DNA of 64,000 nt from an uncultured Acidobacteriota bacterium (GCA_963777605.1 CAVZRV010000030.1:128001-192000); one strand, 5' to 3'. Positions 1 to 10,425 are shown, counted from the first letter of the stretch. Numbers and translations are program-made. Notes: generated by a model not told the origin, from the letters alone.

Positions 1-899
1 TCGATGGCTGTGAAGAACGAGTCTTCATCCCAGTCCCAGTCGTGATTGATTCCGTTGCCGTTGCTCGAAGCGACTGCCACGGTTTCAAGTTCGACAGGAA
101 GAGGCGGAGGGACACTGGTCTCTGCAGGAGATTCTTCTTCCTCAGGCTCCACTGCATCCGACGCCTCGTTCGTTACCAGGTCCGATTCGATTTCCTCGAC
201 CGTTTCGGCCTCTTCGCCGGGGCCCTCAATCAGAGGGGCGGGACTTTCGCTTTCGCCGAACAGGGAAGGAATCAGCATCCGGAATCCAGCGGCGCGGAAT
301 TCCCGGATCTCTACGAGTGCAACATCGAGCCGCTCAACCTGCTCGTTGACGAAGTCAACTACCTTGCCAACTTCGTCCGGGTACCCGGCCGCCACATAGA
401 TCAGGCGAGCCTTGCCTTCTTCAAGCCGATCTTCCACACGGGCACAGAATTCTTCCGGGGTTTCTTCGTGAGAGGGGTCAACCCGGCTCACCGCTTCAGC
501 CAAGTCCTCGTTCTCCGCTTCGGCCCACTCGAGAATGCTCGATTGGCCAAGACTCCGCTGGGCGGAGGCGGCGTTCTCCAGCATCTGTCCAATCAGTTCC
601 CAACGGGAGCGGCCCGAGAAATCGGGAAGGCATTGAACGAAGATCGGATAGCCGGCCGAATTCGCGAAAACGAGGTCACACTCCCATTGAGTCTCCAGCG
701 ATTCGGGATCGCGAACCTGCAGTTTCCGCGTAATCAGTAGCCACTCGGGTGAATCTTCAGACGTGTCCAGATTCCCCGAGAGAAGACCGGTGTTCTCAAC
801 CAGTAAAGCCTTGAGATCGTCCTTATTGGCCGAGAAATCGACAGGGAGCAGTCGGGAAATCTTCCCTGACTGATCCACGGCAAAATAACAACTCTGCAT
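1..899 (-). CDS. Hypothetical protein (runs off window start); N-terminal domain resembles a degenerate PD-(D/E)XK nuclease-like fold, followed by an acidic linker
   Basis: Not in the ORF track. Manual translation from ATG 899 (GGAGG RBS upstream): MQSCYFAVDQSGKISRLL...WLLITRKLQVRDPE...WECDLVFANSAGYPIFVQC...ELIGQMLENAA...RLIYVAAGYPDEVGKVVDFVNEQ; open to position 1. Confidence 0.65.
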   Translation of the reverse strand, partial: MQSCYFAVDQSGKISRLLPVDFSANKDDLKALLVENTGLLSGNLDTSEDSPEWLLITRKLQVRDPESLETQWECDLVFANSAGYPIFVQCLPDFSGRSRWELIGQMLENAASAQRSLGQSSILEWAEAENEDLAEAVSRVDPSHEETPEEFCARVEDRLEEGKARLIYVAAGYPDEVGKVVDFVNEQVERLDVALVEIREFRAAGFRMLIPSLFGESESPAPLIEGPGEEAETVEEIESDLVTNEASDAVEPEEEESPAETSVPPPLPVELETVAVASSNGNGINHDWDWDEDSFFTAI

Positions 900-1276
900 G
901 GCGCCTCCGCCTTCTTTTCCGGTCCCACTGGCGCTGCTAAACGCTCCCGGGGTACCGGGAAGACCGTCCGCATATTCTCTTCAACCTGACGTCCTTTGAT
1001 CCAGTCCGGAATGGCTCCCGATTCTGGGCAGGTCCATGCCATACTACCGGATCGATTTTCTGAAGCAGGATTTTCGCAGTTCTGGAGCGGGTTTACGGTG
1101 ATCGCAGTCACCTCGATCCCATTAACCGACAGATTAATGCGGACGTAAGGTGCGCTGACGAAGCTCCCAAGCCGGGAGCTTAACGCCTCGACAACCTTTG
1201 ATCCGTGCCTCTCCTCGCGTATACTGAGTCGCCGCAGAAAGAGCAATGGTTCCGCACTCCGGGTTGGCTGGAATCG

Positions 1277-1557
1277 GTGACACGCACCAATTCAGCGCAC
1301 AAGTCAGCCTGAATAAAGAGTTTTCTTTCAGGTCTGGTACGGTTTTTGGTTTCGAGACCGACCGGGTCCCCTTGCAGGTGCGCAAGACTGGCCGGAGTTG
1401 ACCGCAAGGTCAAACGTCTGGCGGCGAGGCCAATCAGACGATTCGTTTCGGCCGCGGCGATTGCGCGAAGCCGTCTGGCCGGCACTGGAATTCGTACCAG
1501 TCCTGAGTTAATTCCATTTATCCATGGTCACTTGCGATCCAGTTTGGTGCGTGTCAC
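1277..1557. repeat. MITE/REP-like unit with 14-bp perfect terminal inverted repeats
   Basis: GTGACACGCACCAA (1277-1290) and TTGGTGCGTGTCAC (1544-1557); no credible ORF inside. Confidence 0.5.
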
Positions 1558-3686
1558 GGAATTGGGGTGCACTTGACGAGAAGATAGTTCTCGAACCGGG
1601 CATCGAGTTTTCCGACCGGGCCGTGGACTTTGGCGAGGGGCTTTCCCTCGACGTAATCGATCACCTGATAGGAACGATCCTCCAGCCCCCGCAACTCGAT
1701 CGGTCCGGTCCACTCGTCGGAGTAGAAACCGTAGTACATGACCTCTCCTTTGCGGATCGCGTGGCTTTCGGGCAAATCATAGGAGATGTCGTAAAGGTTC
1801 AGGTAGTCTCCGGTACTGATCATCTCGCGGTGGTAGATGTCGAACCACTTCTTGTACTGCCGGAACATTTCCGGTGTCAGTTCCGCGTAGAGCGTCGTCA
1901 GGATCGACCCAATCCCGACACTGGACGCAAAGTCGGCATCGGAGAACTGGGGCAGGGGGTCCCGACGGCCCTCTTCGATGTAGCAGTTGGTGTAGGCCCA
2001 GCGCGGACCGTGAGTGGCCTTTTCTACTTTGATCCGGGTGCGAACCTGGAAGTTGGTCAGAGGATCTGAGGCGCTCGTCATGTTCATGTACGGCCCCTTG
2101 AACAGGGAGTGGGGCAGGGAACAGATGCAGGTCTCGGCGAACGGATCCGGGTGCAGTTTGTGGAGCTCATCCCAGATGATCTTCCAGATCACGGGAGTCG
2201 CCGCGAAAGCGTCGGTCGGCTTCTCGTGGTGGTGAGCGGGGTTGAAACAGGCGGGGGCCACCGAGTTCATGGCAAAGTCGTTGTAGAGACCGTCGTAGCC
2301 CCACTCAGAAATCCACTTGCGGACCAACTGTCGAATGTGTTCCTGGACCGGCGGATAGGCGGGGCAGAGGGTGTGCTGCCGGGTGGTCGCCGGCTTGCCG
2401 TCTTCGCCGAGAACCAGCCATTCGGTCTTCCTGGCCATCTCGGAGTCCGGATCAACGCCGAGCGGGTTCCACCAGAGATAGACGCGTTCGATGCCAAGCC
2501 GCCTCATCTCCTTGATCGAGGCAATGACGTCCGCTTCGCCTCGCGGGTATTTCTCCCGGTTCGGGTTCCAGTCGCCGACGTAGTCCTGCCAGCCGTCATC
2601 GATCTGAAGTTGGCGAATGCCGAGTTCCAGAAGCTGGGGAATGCGGTCGTAAACCATCTGCATGGTGAACTTTCGCTGCCAACCCCAGGTCTTCCAATAG
2701 GACTGGTAGGCCCAGGCCGGGGAGTCTTCCTGGACATCGACGCCCTCGTCGATCACCAGGTCGCGATAGGTTCTGAGCGGTGCGAAGTAATCTCCGTCAT
2801 GAAAGATGATTCCGATGGGAGCCCGGACCCTGTAAACCTCTCCAGGTGCGATCGTCACCTGGTCTCCAAGAGTCCGGTCGGGCTCCTCCATCACGGAGAT
2901 TCGGACCAGTCCACTCGGGTCGGTTTCGGTGGGGAAGGATATGAAGAGATCCCGCGACGCCAGATGGGACAGGGCGATTCCAGAGACCTGGTTCCAGATG
3001 TCGATCAGGTTGATTCCGCCTCCTTCCCCTTCGGGGTCGTCCTCGCTCCGGCGGTAGAGTCCCATGAAATTCTTCTGCTTGAAGTCGGCAGTGATCGGGA
3101 CCCCGGCGTAGGAATGACCCCACTCATAGGATCCGCCCTGGAAGGTGTGGAAGCCATAGGCGGGATTCTCCGGGAACGAGATCGACGAATTCAGCCGGAG
3201 ATAGCCGGTCCATGTCCGGGTGACGGTCAACGGGTGGTTGATTCCGACCCCCTGGTAGGAGACGCCCAGGACGGCGAGTGCCGGGTAACGGTCATAAAGA
3301 TCCAGGTCGACAATCTGCTGAACGGAGCCACCGCTGTTCAAGGGAGCCGACAGCGTGAAGTGAACGCGGGATCCGGAGCCATGATCGCCGTTCACCGGGC
3401 TGGTGGAGACGGATTGCGGATCGAGCGCGAAATTGCTTACCCGTTGCCCTTCGATCTCGAGGAAGTTCAGTGGTTCCGAGCCCTCGGATGGAGGATCCAC
3501 GAGCGTCTTTCCCTGGAACTCGATGGTTGGCCTGCCCTGCGGATCAATCGCCAGTTTCAGGTCCCCCCTGGTTACGGTCACTCCATCGGATTCTGAAGCA
3601 GAAACCCGAACGGCGTTTGGGTCAGTCGTTCCGCATCCGAGAAAAATCACGAGAACACCGAGGCACACCGCGTAAACCTTCATCAT
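1554..3686 (-). CDS. Alpha-galactosidase-like glycoside hydrolase (GH36/clan D), lipoprotein
   Basis: Lipobox FLGC; QIDDGW motif, DWxPNxxKYP, DGLYNDF nucleophile region; 710 aa. Confidence 0.8.
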   Translation of the reverse strand: MMKVYAVCLGVLVIFLGCGTTDPNAVRVSASESDGVTVTRGDLKLAIDPQGRPTIEFQGKTLVDPPSEGSEPLNFLEIEGQRVSNFALDPQSVSTSPVNGDHGSGSRVHFTLSAPLNSGGSVQQIVDLDLYDRYPALAVLGVSYQGVGINHPLTVTRTWTGYLRLNSSISFPENPAYGFHTFQGGSYEWGHSYAGVPITADFKQKNFMGLYRRSEDDPEGEGGGINLIDIWNQVSGIALSHLASRDLFISFPTETDPSGLVRISVMEEPDRTLGDQVTIAPGEVYRVRAPIGIIFHDGDYFAPLRTYRDLVIDEGVDVQEDSPAWAYQSYWKTWGWQRKFTMQMVYDRIPQLLELGIRQLQIDDGWQDYVGDWNPNREKYPRGEADVIASIKEMRRLGIERVYLWWNPLGVDPDSEMARKTEWLVLGEDGKPATTRQHTLCPAYPPVQEHIRQLVRKWISEWGYDGLYNDFAMNSVAPACFNPAHHHEKPTDAFAATPVIWKIIWDELHKLHPDPFAETCICSLPHSLFKGPYMNMTSASDPLTNFQVRTRIKVEKATHGPRWAYTNCYIEEGRRDPLPQFSDADFASSVGIGSILTTLYAELTPEMFRQYKKWFDIYHREMISTGDYLNLYDISYDLPESHAIRKGEVMYYGFYSDEWTGPIELRGLEDRSYQVIDYVEGKPLAKVHGPVGKLDARFENYLLVKCTPIP

Positions 3687-3797
3687 GTCTCTCCCTCCCT
3701 AGATTACTAGACACTCTCCGGCAGGAAGCACAATTGAGGGAAACCGTTCCCAAAAATCACAATTCCGCAAGTCACAAATCTTTGTTACGCTTAGCTC

Positions 3798-4562
3798 GTG
3801 GCTGAAAAAGAGAGTGCGCTGGCGGTGTTTTTGGATTTTGAAAACCTGGTTCTCGGACTCGACGACAAACGGAGGGGGCAGTTTCAGATCGATCTCGTCC
3901 TCGAGCGCCTGGTCGAAAAGGGCAAGATCGTGGTCAAGAAAGCCTATTGCGACTGGAGCCGGTTCGCGGATTACAAGCAGGAGCTCCACAACGCGGCATT
4001 CGAGATCATCGACATTCCCAAGCGATCTCACACCGGGAAGAACTCGGCCGACATCCGCCTCTGCGTGGATGCCATGGATCTCTGTTACAGCAAGGAACAC
4101 ATCGACACCTTCGTGATCCTTTCCGGCGACAGTGACTTCTCCCCGCTGGTTTCAAAGCTGAAGGAAAACGGCAAGTACGTGATCGGGCTGGCAACCAAGG
4201 AAGCGGCCTCCAGTCTCCTGGTGGACAACTGCGACGAATTCACGTTCTACGAAGAACTTTCCGGCGGGGGCTCCAAGCCTCCCCAACTCTCCACCAAGAT
4301 CCCTAAAGAAAAACGGCCCGCTTTCCAACTCCTGATCGACTCCGTACTCGCACTGGGGCGGGAGGGCAAGGACGTGCTCTATTCCTCACTGGTCAAGCAG
4401 ACCATGAAGCGGAAACAGCCGGCCTTCAGCGAATCGCGTTTCGGCTTTCGGACCTTCTCCGACCTGCTCGAGTCGGCTCAGAAACTGGGTCTGATCGAAC
4501 TTCGGGAAGACGCCCGCAGCGGAACCTACGTCGTGGTCGGATTTGGGAAGTCCTCGTCCTGA
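3798..4562 (+). CDS. NYN-domain (LabA/DUF88) protein with C-terminal OST-HTH/LOTUS domain
   Basis: FLDFEN, GKNSADI, SGDSDFSPL, CDEF motifs; C-terminal FSESRFGFRTFSDLLE. Confidence 0.9.
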   Translation: MAEKESALAVFLDFENLVLGLDDKRRGQFQIDLVLERLVEKGKIVVKKAYCDWSRFADYKQELHNAAFEIIDIPKRSHTGKNSADIRLCVDAMDLCYSKEHIDTFVILSGDSDFSPLVSKLKENGKYVIGLATKEAASSLLVDNCDEFTFYEELSGGGSKPPQLSTKIPKEKRPAFQLLIDSVLALGREGKDVLYSSLVKQTMKRKQPAFSESRFGFRTFSDLLESAQKLGLIELREDARSGTYVVVGFGKSSS

Positions 4563-4622
4563 TCGGTGCCGTGGCGGCAGATCCGCTGCAAGTTACAGAC
4601 TGTTCCCGGTGGAGTAAGTGAA

Positions 4623-5798
4623 ATGAATGACAATCGCCTCAGAGTTGGAATTGTGGGAGCGTCGGGGTGGATGGCCGGTGCTCTTGCTGTTGGTGTGGAA
4701 TACGAAGGTGACTTCGACCCGGCAGCGGGCTCCGGAGTGAAGAGCGCACAATCGGTTGTCACCGGTCTGTTCGACCTGGATCGCGACAAGATGGCTCAGA
4801 GAAAGCAGGAACTGGGACTGCGGGAAGCGCAGTGTTTCGACTCCTACGAGGCTCTCCTGGCCTCGGACGAAATTGACGCGGTCGCGCTGGTGGTTCCGAA
4901 CTTCCTGCACGCGGATCTTGCCATTGAGGCTCTGGACGCCGGCAAGCACCTGTTTCTCGAGAAACCGTTCGCCACTACCAGGGAAGATTCCGTCCGGCTT
5001 GCCGAAGCCGTCCGCAGGAGCAATGTTACGACCAAGCTGGACTACATCCTGCTCCACTACGACGAACAGGAGAATCTCCATAAACTCATTCAGGACGGGG
5101 CGTTCGGTACCCTGGGATCGGTCCACTTCACTTATCGCCACCCGATCGAAGTCGGCCAGTCCGCCGGACAGTCCTGGAAGCTGTCCCGTGAAAAGTCGGG
5201 CGGAGCCCTTCCGATGGGTGTTTGCCACGCCGTTTCGATGGCTGTCTACCAGGTCGGCGCGGCTCCGGAGTGGGTGGCCTGCGTTTCCCGTCCGCCCAGG
5301 TTGAGGACGTTCGACTATGACACCCAGGTCGACCTGCTGATTTCGTTTGAAAATGGGGTCACCGGAGTCATTCAGGGAAATATCGATTTCGCCGAGAAGT
5401 ACGATGCCCGGCACACGATCATCGGGACCGGCGGGCAATTCGATTACAACCCGTACAACCCGCTGGAGAGCCGGGTCACCTGGTCGTCCAAGCCGATGGA
5501 CCGGCCCTATTCTCCCGATCCCGCGTTTGCCCGCGATCACCTTGACAGTGGCGACGTCTGGAAGCACCAGTGCGGAAGGACGATCCGCGAATTCGTGCGG
5601 CTTGCCCGGGAGGGGTCGCGGGACACCCTGCTCGGTCTTGACTCAGACGTGGTCCGGTGGTGCGAGGCGGTAATCTGGGCTGCCGAAGAATCCGCTCAAA
5701 GCGGAAGCAAGCCGGTATCAACCGCCAACTTATGCGCTGATAAAACGAGCCGGTCTCACCAGATCATGCGGTCGTCCGGAGGCACGCTGGTCAGCTGA
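4623..5798 (+). CDS. Gfo/Idh/MocA family oxidoreductase
   Basis: VGIVGASG Rossmann start, AGKHLFLEKP motif; GGAG RBS upstream of ATG 4623. Confidence 0.85.
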   Translation: MNDNRLRVGIVGASGWMAGALAVGVEYEGDFDPAAGSGVKSAQSVVTGLFDLDRDKMAQRKQELGLREAQCFDSYEALLASDEIDAVALVVPNFLHADLAIEALDAGKHLFLEKPFATTREDSVRLAEAVRRSNVTTKLDYILLHYDEQENLHKLIQDGAFGTLGSVHFTYRHPIEVGQSAGQSWKLSREKSGGALPMGVCHAVSMAVYQVGAAPEWVACVSRPPRLRTFDYDTQVDLLISFENGVTGVIQGNIDFAEKYDARHTIIGTGGQFDYNPYNPLESRVTWSSKPMDRPYSPDPAFARDHLDSGDVWKHQCGRTIREFVRLAREGSRDTLLGLDSDVVRWCEAVIWAAEESAQSGSKPVSTANLCADKTSRSHQIMRSSGGTLVS

Positions 5799-6520
5799 AA
5801 CCCGGTGTCCGTGTATTCAAGGCGCAACGAAGTGACATTCATGTAGGTATCAGAGTTGATATAGAGCATTCCGAGAAATTCGGCTGGTAGCTGCCCTTCG
5901 AAAATCTCGTCGATGAAGTGAGCATAGTGGCCCGCTCCATCGATGGTCTTCGTTGCGACCACATTCCCGTCCACGTCGTAGAGCGTTAACTCGATCGAGT
6001 AGTTTGAAAACAACGTGGCCCAAGCGACACCGGTGTTAATTTGAGTCGACTTCTCGACCGGGACTATGAACTCCTTTTTTGCCTGTTCGTAAGCAACGCC
6101 AGTGGAATCGAGTAAGTGCCCCTGGGCGTCCGAGAAGTTATAGAAGAAGCTGAAGGCAACATCGATGTCCGTACCCTGATTGTCGCCGTCCTTCAAGGGG
6201 GTAACCTTCACATATCCAACCTTGAGGTTGTCCAGTTCTCCAAAGATCCCAATCTTGCGAGTGGATTTGGCCGGCACTCTGACATTCAACTCACTCGTGC
6301 CCCCATAGAGGACGCCGTCATAGCGCCAGCCGACGACCCACGGTTCCCGATTGGCCTGAAGGGCATAAATGTCCGCCGTCCAGTCAACGTCCTTCTTGTT
6401 ACTGATGATCAGGAAGCATTCATACCCCCCGCCGAGCGCGAGTTGAGGGAATATGGCCGCCGCCGCCGGTGCGGTCATCCCAATTACGAGAATGAGCGTT
6501 GTCAAAATTACTCGCCGCAT
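5756..6520 (-). CDS. Secreted hypothetical protein with one FPQ-motif beta domain
   Basis: Signal peptide; IFPQLALGGGY, NTGVAWA, HYAHFIDEIF motifs shared with 22740 and 35941 proteins. Confidence 0.7.
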   Translation of the reverse strand: MRRVILTTLILVIGMTAPAAAAIFPQLALGGGYECFLIISNKKDVDWTADIYALQANREPWVVGWRYDGVLYGGTSELNVRVPAKSTRKIGIFGELDNLKVGYVKVTPLKDGDNQGTDIDVAFSFFYNFSDAQGHLLDSTGVAYEQAKKEFIVPVEKSTQINTGVAWATLFSNYSIELTLYDVDGNVVATKTIDGAGHYAHFIDEIFEGQLPAEFLGMLYINSDTYMNVTSLRLEYTDTGFQLTSVPPDDRMIW

Positions 6521-7209
6521 TGCAGTGTCCTCCCCGATTAGTGTTTAGCAGGTGAACCAGACAGCCGCTTTCAAACCGCCCCTAATTGCCTGCCAGTGCA
6601 GGAGACGGGAAAGGATCGCCCGCTACGTCGAGCCTGCCCGTCCCAGAATCGTCAAAATGGGCAAGTCAGATTCTTTCATGAGTTGGCAAAAATGGAAATA
6701 TTCAGTAACGTAAAATTCCGAAATTGCGGCGCGAAGACAAGAAGCAGGACCGGGACAGCGGCGAAGAAAGTTAAACGGTCGTGACCGGCAGCGACTCGAC
6801 AGCGTCTCGTTGACCGACCCGAACCATTGAGGTGCCCGCAGAGAATGACTTCCGATTGCTATTTTCTTTCTTTGAAGGCCGTTTTTCGTCATAATAGTTT
6901 TCCGTAAAAGCCATGGATACCGCAGCGCGGCTCACCAATATTGACGCTCCCCGAAAGGTGCAGTTTCAGGTACCGGTTCGCCTCACCGGCGATCCTCATT
7001 CGGGCTGGGCTACGTTACCCTAGAGTCCTTTTTCCCAATCTTTTACGTCTGGGTTAAAGGGTTAGCCACTCTGGTTGATCGGGTCGGTGGCACCGGGTCA
7101 GGCGAAAAGGAGCACACGCAGACGGAAAATCAAAGAGATGTCCTCGGTGGGTTCTAAGATGATGAATCAGTTCGGGGACAGGACCTCGGAAAGAGAAAGG
7201 AAGTAAGAA

Positions 7210-8622
7210 ATGTTTAACATTGCTGTAAGAGAAAGGAGGAACAGGCTCATCAAGTCGACGCCATCGACTGCCGGAGAGGTCGACTCTGACCATCCTCCGC
7301 CGGATCAGCTACCACAGGCTCAGACCTTTCGACCCATCGCGCAGGTCAGCACTTTCCTGTCGTGCGATTCGAGAGGCGATCAAGGCATTCAATCGACCCT
7401 GTGGTCCGACTGGCGCTGGCAACTGCGAAACCGGATTCGGACGGCCGAAGATCTGGTTTCCCGCTTTCCCCAGGTTGAAAGCGGCGGCTGTATTGCGGAG
7501 ACTTCCTCCAGGTTCCCGCTTGCGGTGACGCCCTACTATGCATCGCTGGTCAAGTCCCCCGATGCGAGTGATCCCATTTTTCAGATGGCCGTTCCGCAAC
7601 TGGCCGAACTGACAGACCGGTCCTTCCTGATCGAAGATCCTCTGGGCGAAGAACACGACATGCCTGTGCCGGGCCTGATCCACCGGTACCGGGATCGGGC
7701 GTTGCTGATCGCGACGTCGACCTGTTCGGTCTACTGCCGCCACTGCACCCGCAAGCGGGTGACTGGTTTCCGGGAAGGCGTAATCGCCCCCGACGAACTG
7801 GATCAGGCGGTTCAATATTTGCGGAGCCACCCGGAGATCCGTGACGTAATCGTTTCGGGCGGCGATCCCCTGACCCTGGCGACGGAAACCCTGGAACGGA
7901 TCCTCTCGCGCCTGCGCGAAGTCGAATCAATCGATATTCTCAGAATCGGGACCCGAGTTCCGGTCGTGCTTCCCATGCGGATCACCGCGGAACTGGTGCA
8001 GATGCTCGGCCGCTATCACCCCCTGTACGTCAATACTCATTTCAATCATCCCGTCGAATTGACGCCGGAGGCGTTGGAGGCCTGCCGGATGATGGCGGAT
8101 GCTGGAATTCCGCTCGGGAACCAGACGGTGCTGCTTCGGGGCGTTAACGATTCTCCACAAACGCTGGAAACTCTTTTCAGGGGGTTGCTGCGAAATCGCG
8201 TTCGCCCCTACTACCTGTTCCAGTGTGACCTGGTGCGGGGCGTCGAGCACTTCAGGACTCCCCTCTCCCGGGGGATCGAAATCATGGAGTACCTGCGGGG
8301 CCGGGTGAGCGGGATGGCGATTCCGACCTTTGTCGTGGACGCGCCCAACGGTGGAGGAAAAATCCCCCTCCTGCCCAATTACCTCGTGAGCATGAGTCCG
8401 ACCCACACTGTCCTGCGGAATTTCGAGGGTATGTTCGTCTCCTATCCGGAGCCGGCTTCTGAAGGCTCGTCATGGTACGCCGCCGAATCAGTTAATCCCG
8501 GTACCGGAGGAGTCTGGGACGTCTCGACCGGTCGGTTGACCCACATTCAGCCCAGAGTGTCGGAGCGGTCGTTGCGACGGCGACATCACCGCCACCGGCG
8601 CAAGTTGGAGCGACCGTCTTGA
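7210..8622 (+). CDS. kamA: KamA-family radical SAM/PLP aminomutase (lysine 2,3-aminomutase-like); true start uncertain
   Basis: DWRWQLRNRI, HRYRDR, CSVYCRHCTR (CxxxCxxC), SGGDPL, HFNHP, FQCD, VVDAPNGGGKIP (PLP lysine). Confidence 0.92.
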   Translation: MFNIAVRERRNRLIKSTPSTAGEVDSDHPPPDQLPQAQTFRPIAQVSTFLSCDSRGDQGIQSTLWSDWRWQLRNRIRTAEDLVSRFPQVESGGCIAETSSRFPLAVTPYYASLVKSPDASDPIFQMAVPQLAELTDRSFLIEDPLGEEHDMPVPGLIHRYRDRALLIATSTCSVYCRHCTRKRVTGFREGVIAPDELDQAVQYLRSHPEIRDVIVSGGDPLTLATETLERILSRLREVESIDILRIGTRVPVVLPMRITAELVQMLGRYHPLYVNTHFNHPVELTPEALEACRMMADAGIPLGNQTVLLRGVNDSPQTLETLFRGLLRNRVRPYYLFQCDLVRGVEHFRTPLSRGIEIMEYLRGRVSGMAIPTFVVDAPNGGGKIPLLPNYLVSMSPTHTVLRNFEGMFVSYPEPASEGSSWYAAESVNPGTGGVWDVSTGRLTHIQPRVSERSLRRRHHRHRRKLERPS

Positions 8623-10400
8623 TTCGGATTCACCGGGTCTACAGTACCGCTCTGCCCATCGATCAACACCGGATCGAACAGATCCAGGAGATCTTTCGCC
8701 AGAGCTTTCCGGAGGTGGCCGAGTCGTCGGCCACCATCCCTGACAAGATCGCCCACCCTTTCGCGTACGGTTATCTCAGCGTCGCCTTGGTGAGCGAGGC
8801 GGCAACGGGTCGAGTCAGCGGTTTTTCTCTCTTCAATCACTTCCCCGATATCAACGCAGCGCTGCTGGATTTCATTGCTGTTCAACGCGGCCACAGAGGC
8901 GGCGGCATCGGCGGTGCTCTCTATGAGGCAACCCGGGAGTATTTGATCTCGATGAAGTCTCGGGGACTCTATTTCGAGGCATTACCCGACGATCCCATTC
9001 TGGTGGCCGACGCCGTCGAATTGCGGGAGAATCGGAAACGACTGTCCTTCTATGAAGGATACGGAGTCTTCCCGGTCATCGAGACGGACTACGAGACCCC
9101 CATCGACGAATCCCCTGCACCCTTTCTGCTCTTCGATCCGTTGGGAAGACAATCGCCTCTCGGAAGAAGCGAAGCACGGTCCGCCGTCCGGGAGATCCTG
9201 GAGCGAAAGTACGGCCACCTGGTTGATGCCGCCTACATTGACAAGGTCGTCAGGTCATTCAGGCACGACCCGGTGCGGTTCAGACAACCCCGCTACATAC
9301 GGAACAGCGACACCGTGAGCGCTAAACAGCCTCCGCATGGCCGGCTCGAGCGCCCATTCGTGGTTGTTTCCAGCACGCGCCACCAGATCCACCATGTTCG
9401 TGAACGGGGCTACGTCGAACGACCGGCGAGGGTCAATGCGATCCTGGACGCCGTGTCCACCCTGGACTTGTTCGAAACTCTCCCTCCGCGCCATTTTGGT
9501 GAGGAAAGAATTCGCAAGGTTCACAACTCCGGCCTGGTTTCCTATCTGCGAGAGGTCTGCCGGACGTTCACGGACAGTCGCCCCGTGTACCCTTACGTTT
9601 TCCCGATCCGCCGACCGGAACGAAAGCCCAGGGACCTGGCCGTCCGCGCCGGGTACTACTGCATCGACACGTTCACGCCGCTCGATCGAAATGCCTACGT
9701 TGCGGCGCGGGAGGCCGTCGATGTGGCTCTGACAGCCGCGGAGATACTCGTGCGCCGGGGGCCCCGCATGGCCTACGGCGTCTGCCGGCCCCCTGGCCAC
9801 CACTCTGAAGCCAAGTCGTTCGGAGGATTCTGCTATTTCAACAACGCGGCCATTGCAAGCCAGTATCTGAGTACCTTTGCCCGGGTCGCCCTGCTCGACA
9901 TCGACTTTCATCACGGCAATGGTTCTCAGGACATCTTTTATCAGCGGAGCGACGTCCTGACCGTCTCGATCCACGGCCACCCCAACTACGCCTATCCTTA
10001 CTTCTCCGGTTTCGCGGACGAAAACGGGGAGGGGCCCGGGAAAGGCTATAATTTCAATTATCCTCTTCCCGAGAACACCGCGGCCGATGTTTATCTGGAT
10101 ACGCTCAGCCGGGCGCTCAAGAGAATCCGAGATTACGATCCCGGCTTCCTCGTTGTGTCTCTGGGCTTCGACACGATGAAGGGCGATCCAACCGGAGCTT
10201 TCCTGCTGACATCGGATACGCTCAAGCAGATGGGACAGGCAGTTTCGGCCCTCAACCGGCCGACGCTGGTCCTTCAGGAGGGAGGCTACAGCCTTCGCAA
10301 TCTACGTCGGGGAGCCCTCGGATTCTTTTCAGGTTTTGCCAAGCCCCTCTTCTCCGGGGACACGGGTTCCCGTACTGAGAAGAAGACTCGGACCTCATGA
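8619..10400 (+). CDS. GNAT acetyltransferase fused to HDAC/acetylpolyamine amidohydrolase-family deacetylase
   Basis: N-terminal RGGGIGGALY acetyl-CoA motif; C-terminal RPPGHH, GFCYFNN, DIDFHHGNG, LGFD, EGGY. Confidence 0.9.
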   Translation: MIRIHRVYSTALPIDQHRIEQIQEIFRQSFPEVAESSATIPDKIAHPFAYGYLSVALVSEAATGRVSGFSLFNHFPDINAALLDFIAVQRGHRGGGIGGALYEATREYLISMKSRGLYFEALPDDPILVADAVELRENRKRLSFYEGYGVFPVIETDYETPIDESPAPFLLFDPLGRQSPLGRSEARSAVREILERKYGHLVDAAYIDKVVRSFRHDPVRFRQPRYIRNSDTVSAKQPPHGRLERPFVVVSSTRHQIHHVRERGYVERPARVNAILDAVSTLDLFETLPPRHFGEERIRKVHNSGLVSYLREVCRTFTDSRPVYPYVFPIRRPERKPRDLAVRAGYYCIDTFTPLDRNAYVAAREAVDVALTAAEILVRRGPRMAYGVCRPPGHHSEAKSFGGFCYFNNAAIASQYLSTFARVALLDIDFHHGNGSQDIFYQRSDVLTVSIHGHPNYAYPYFSGFADENGEGPGKGYNFNYPLPENTAADVYLDTLSRALKRIRDYDPGFLVVSLGFDTMKGDPTGAFLLTSDTLKQMGQAVSALNRPTLVLQEGGYSLRNLRRGALGFFSGFAKPLFSGDTGSRTEKKTRTS

Positions 10401-10425
10401 TTTCTGTCCTCGAGGAGGAAGCACT

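Noticed and set aside
42-3596. Long alternative ORFs (42-740 +, 734-1246 -, 2109-3596 +) and similar antisense ORFs elsewhere
   Set aside because: Shadow frames of GC-rich genes; the opposite or alternative frame has the RBS and family motifs.
6521-7209. Possible lysine or SAM riboswitch in the ~690-bp region before kamA
   Set aside because: No conserved aptamer core or terminator recognised by eye; needs cmscan.
7210-8622. EpmB (EF-P beta-lysylation) assignment
   Set aside because: No efp or epmA nearby; length and GGGKIP context fit the KamA type.
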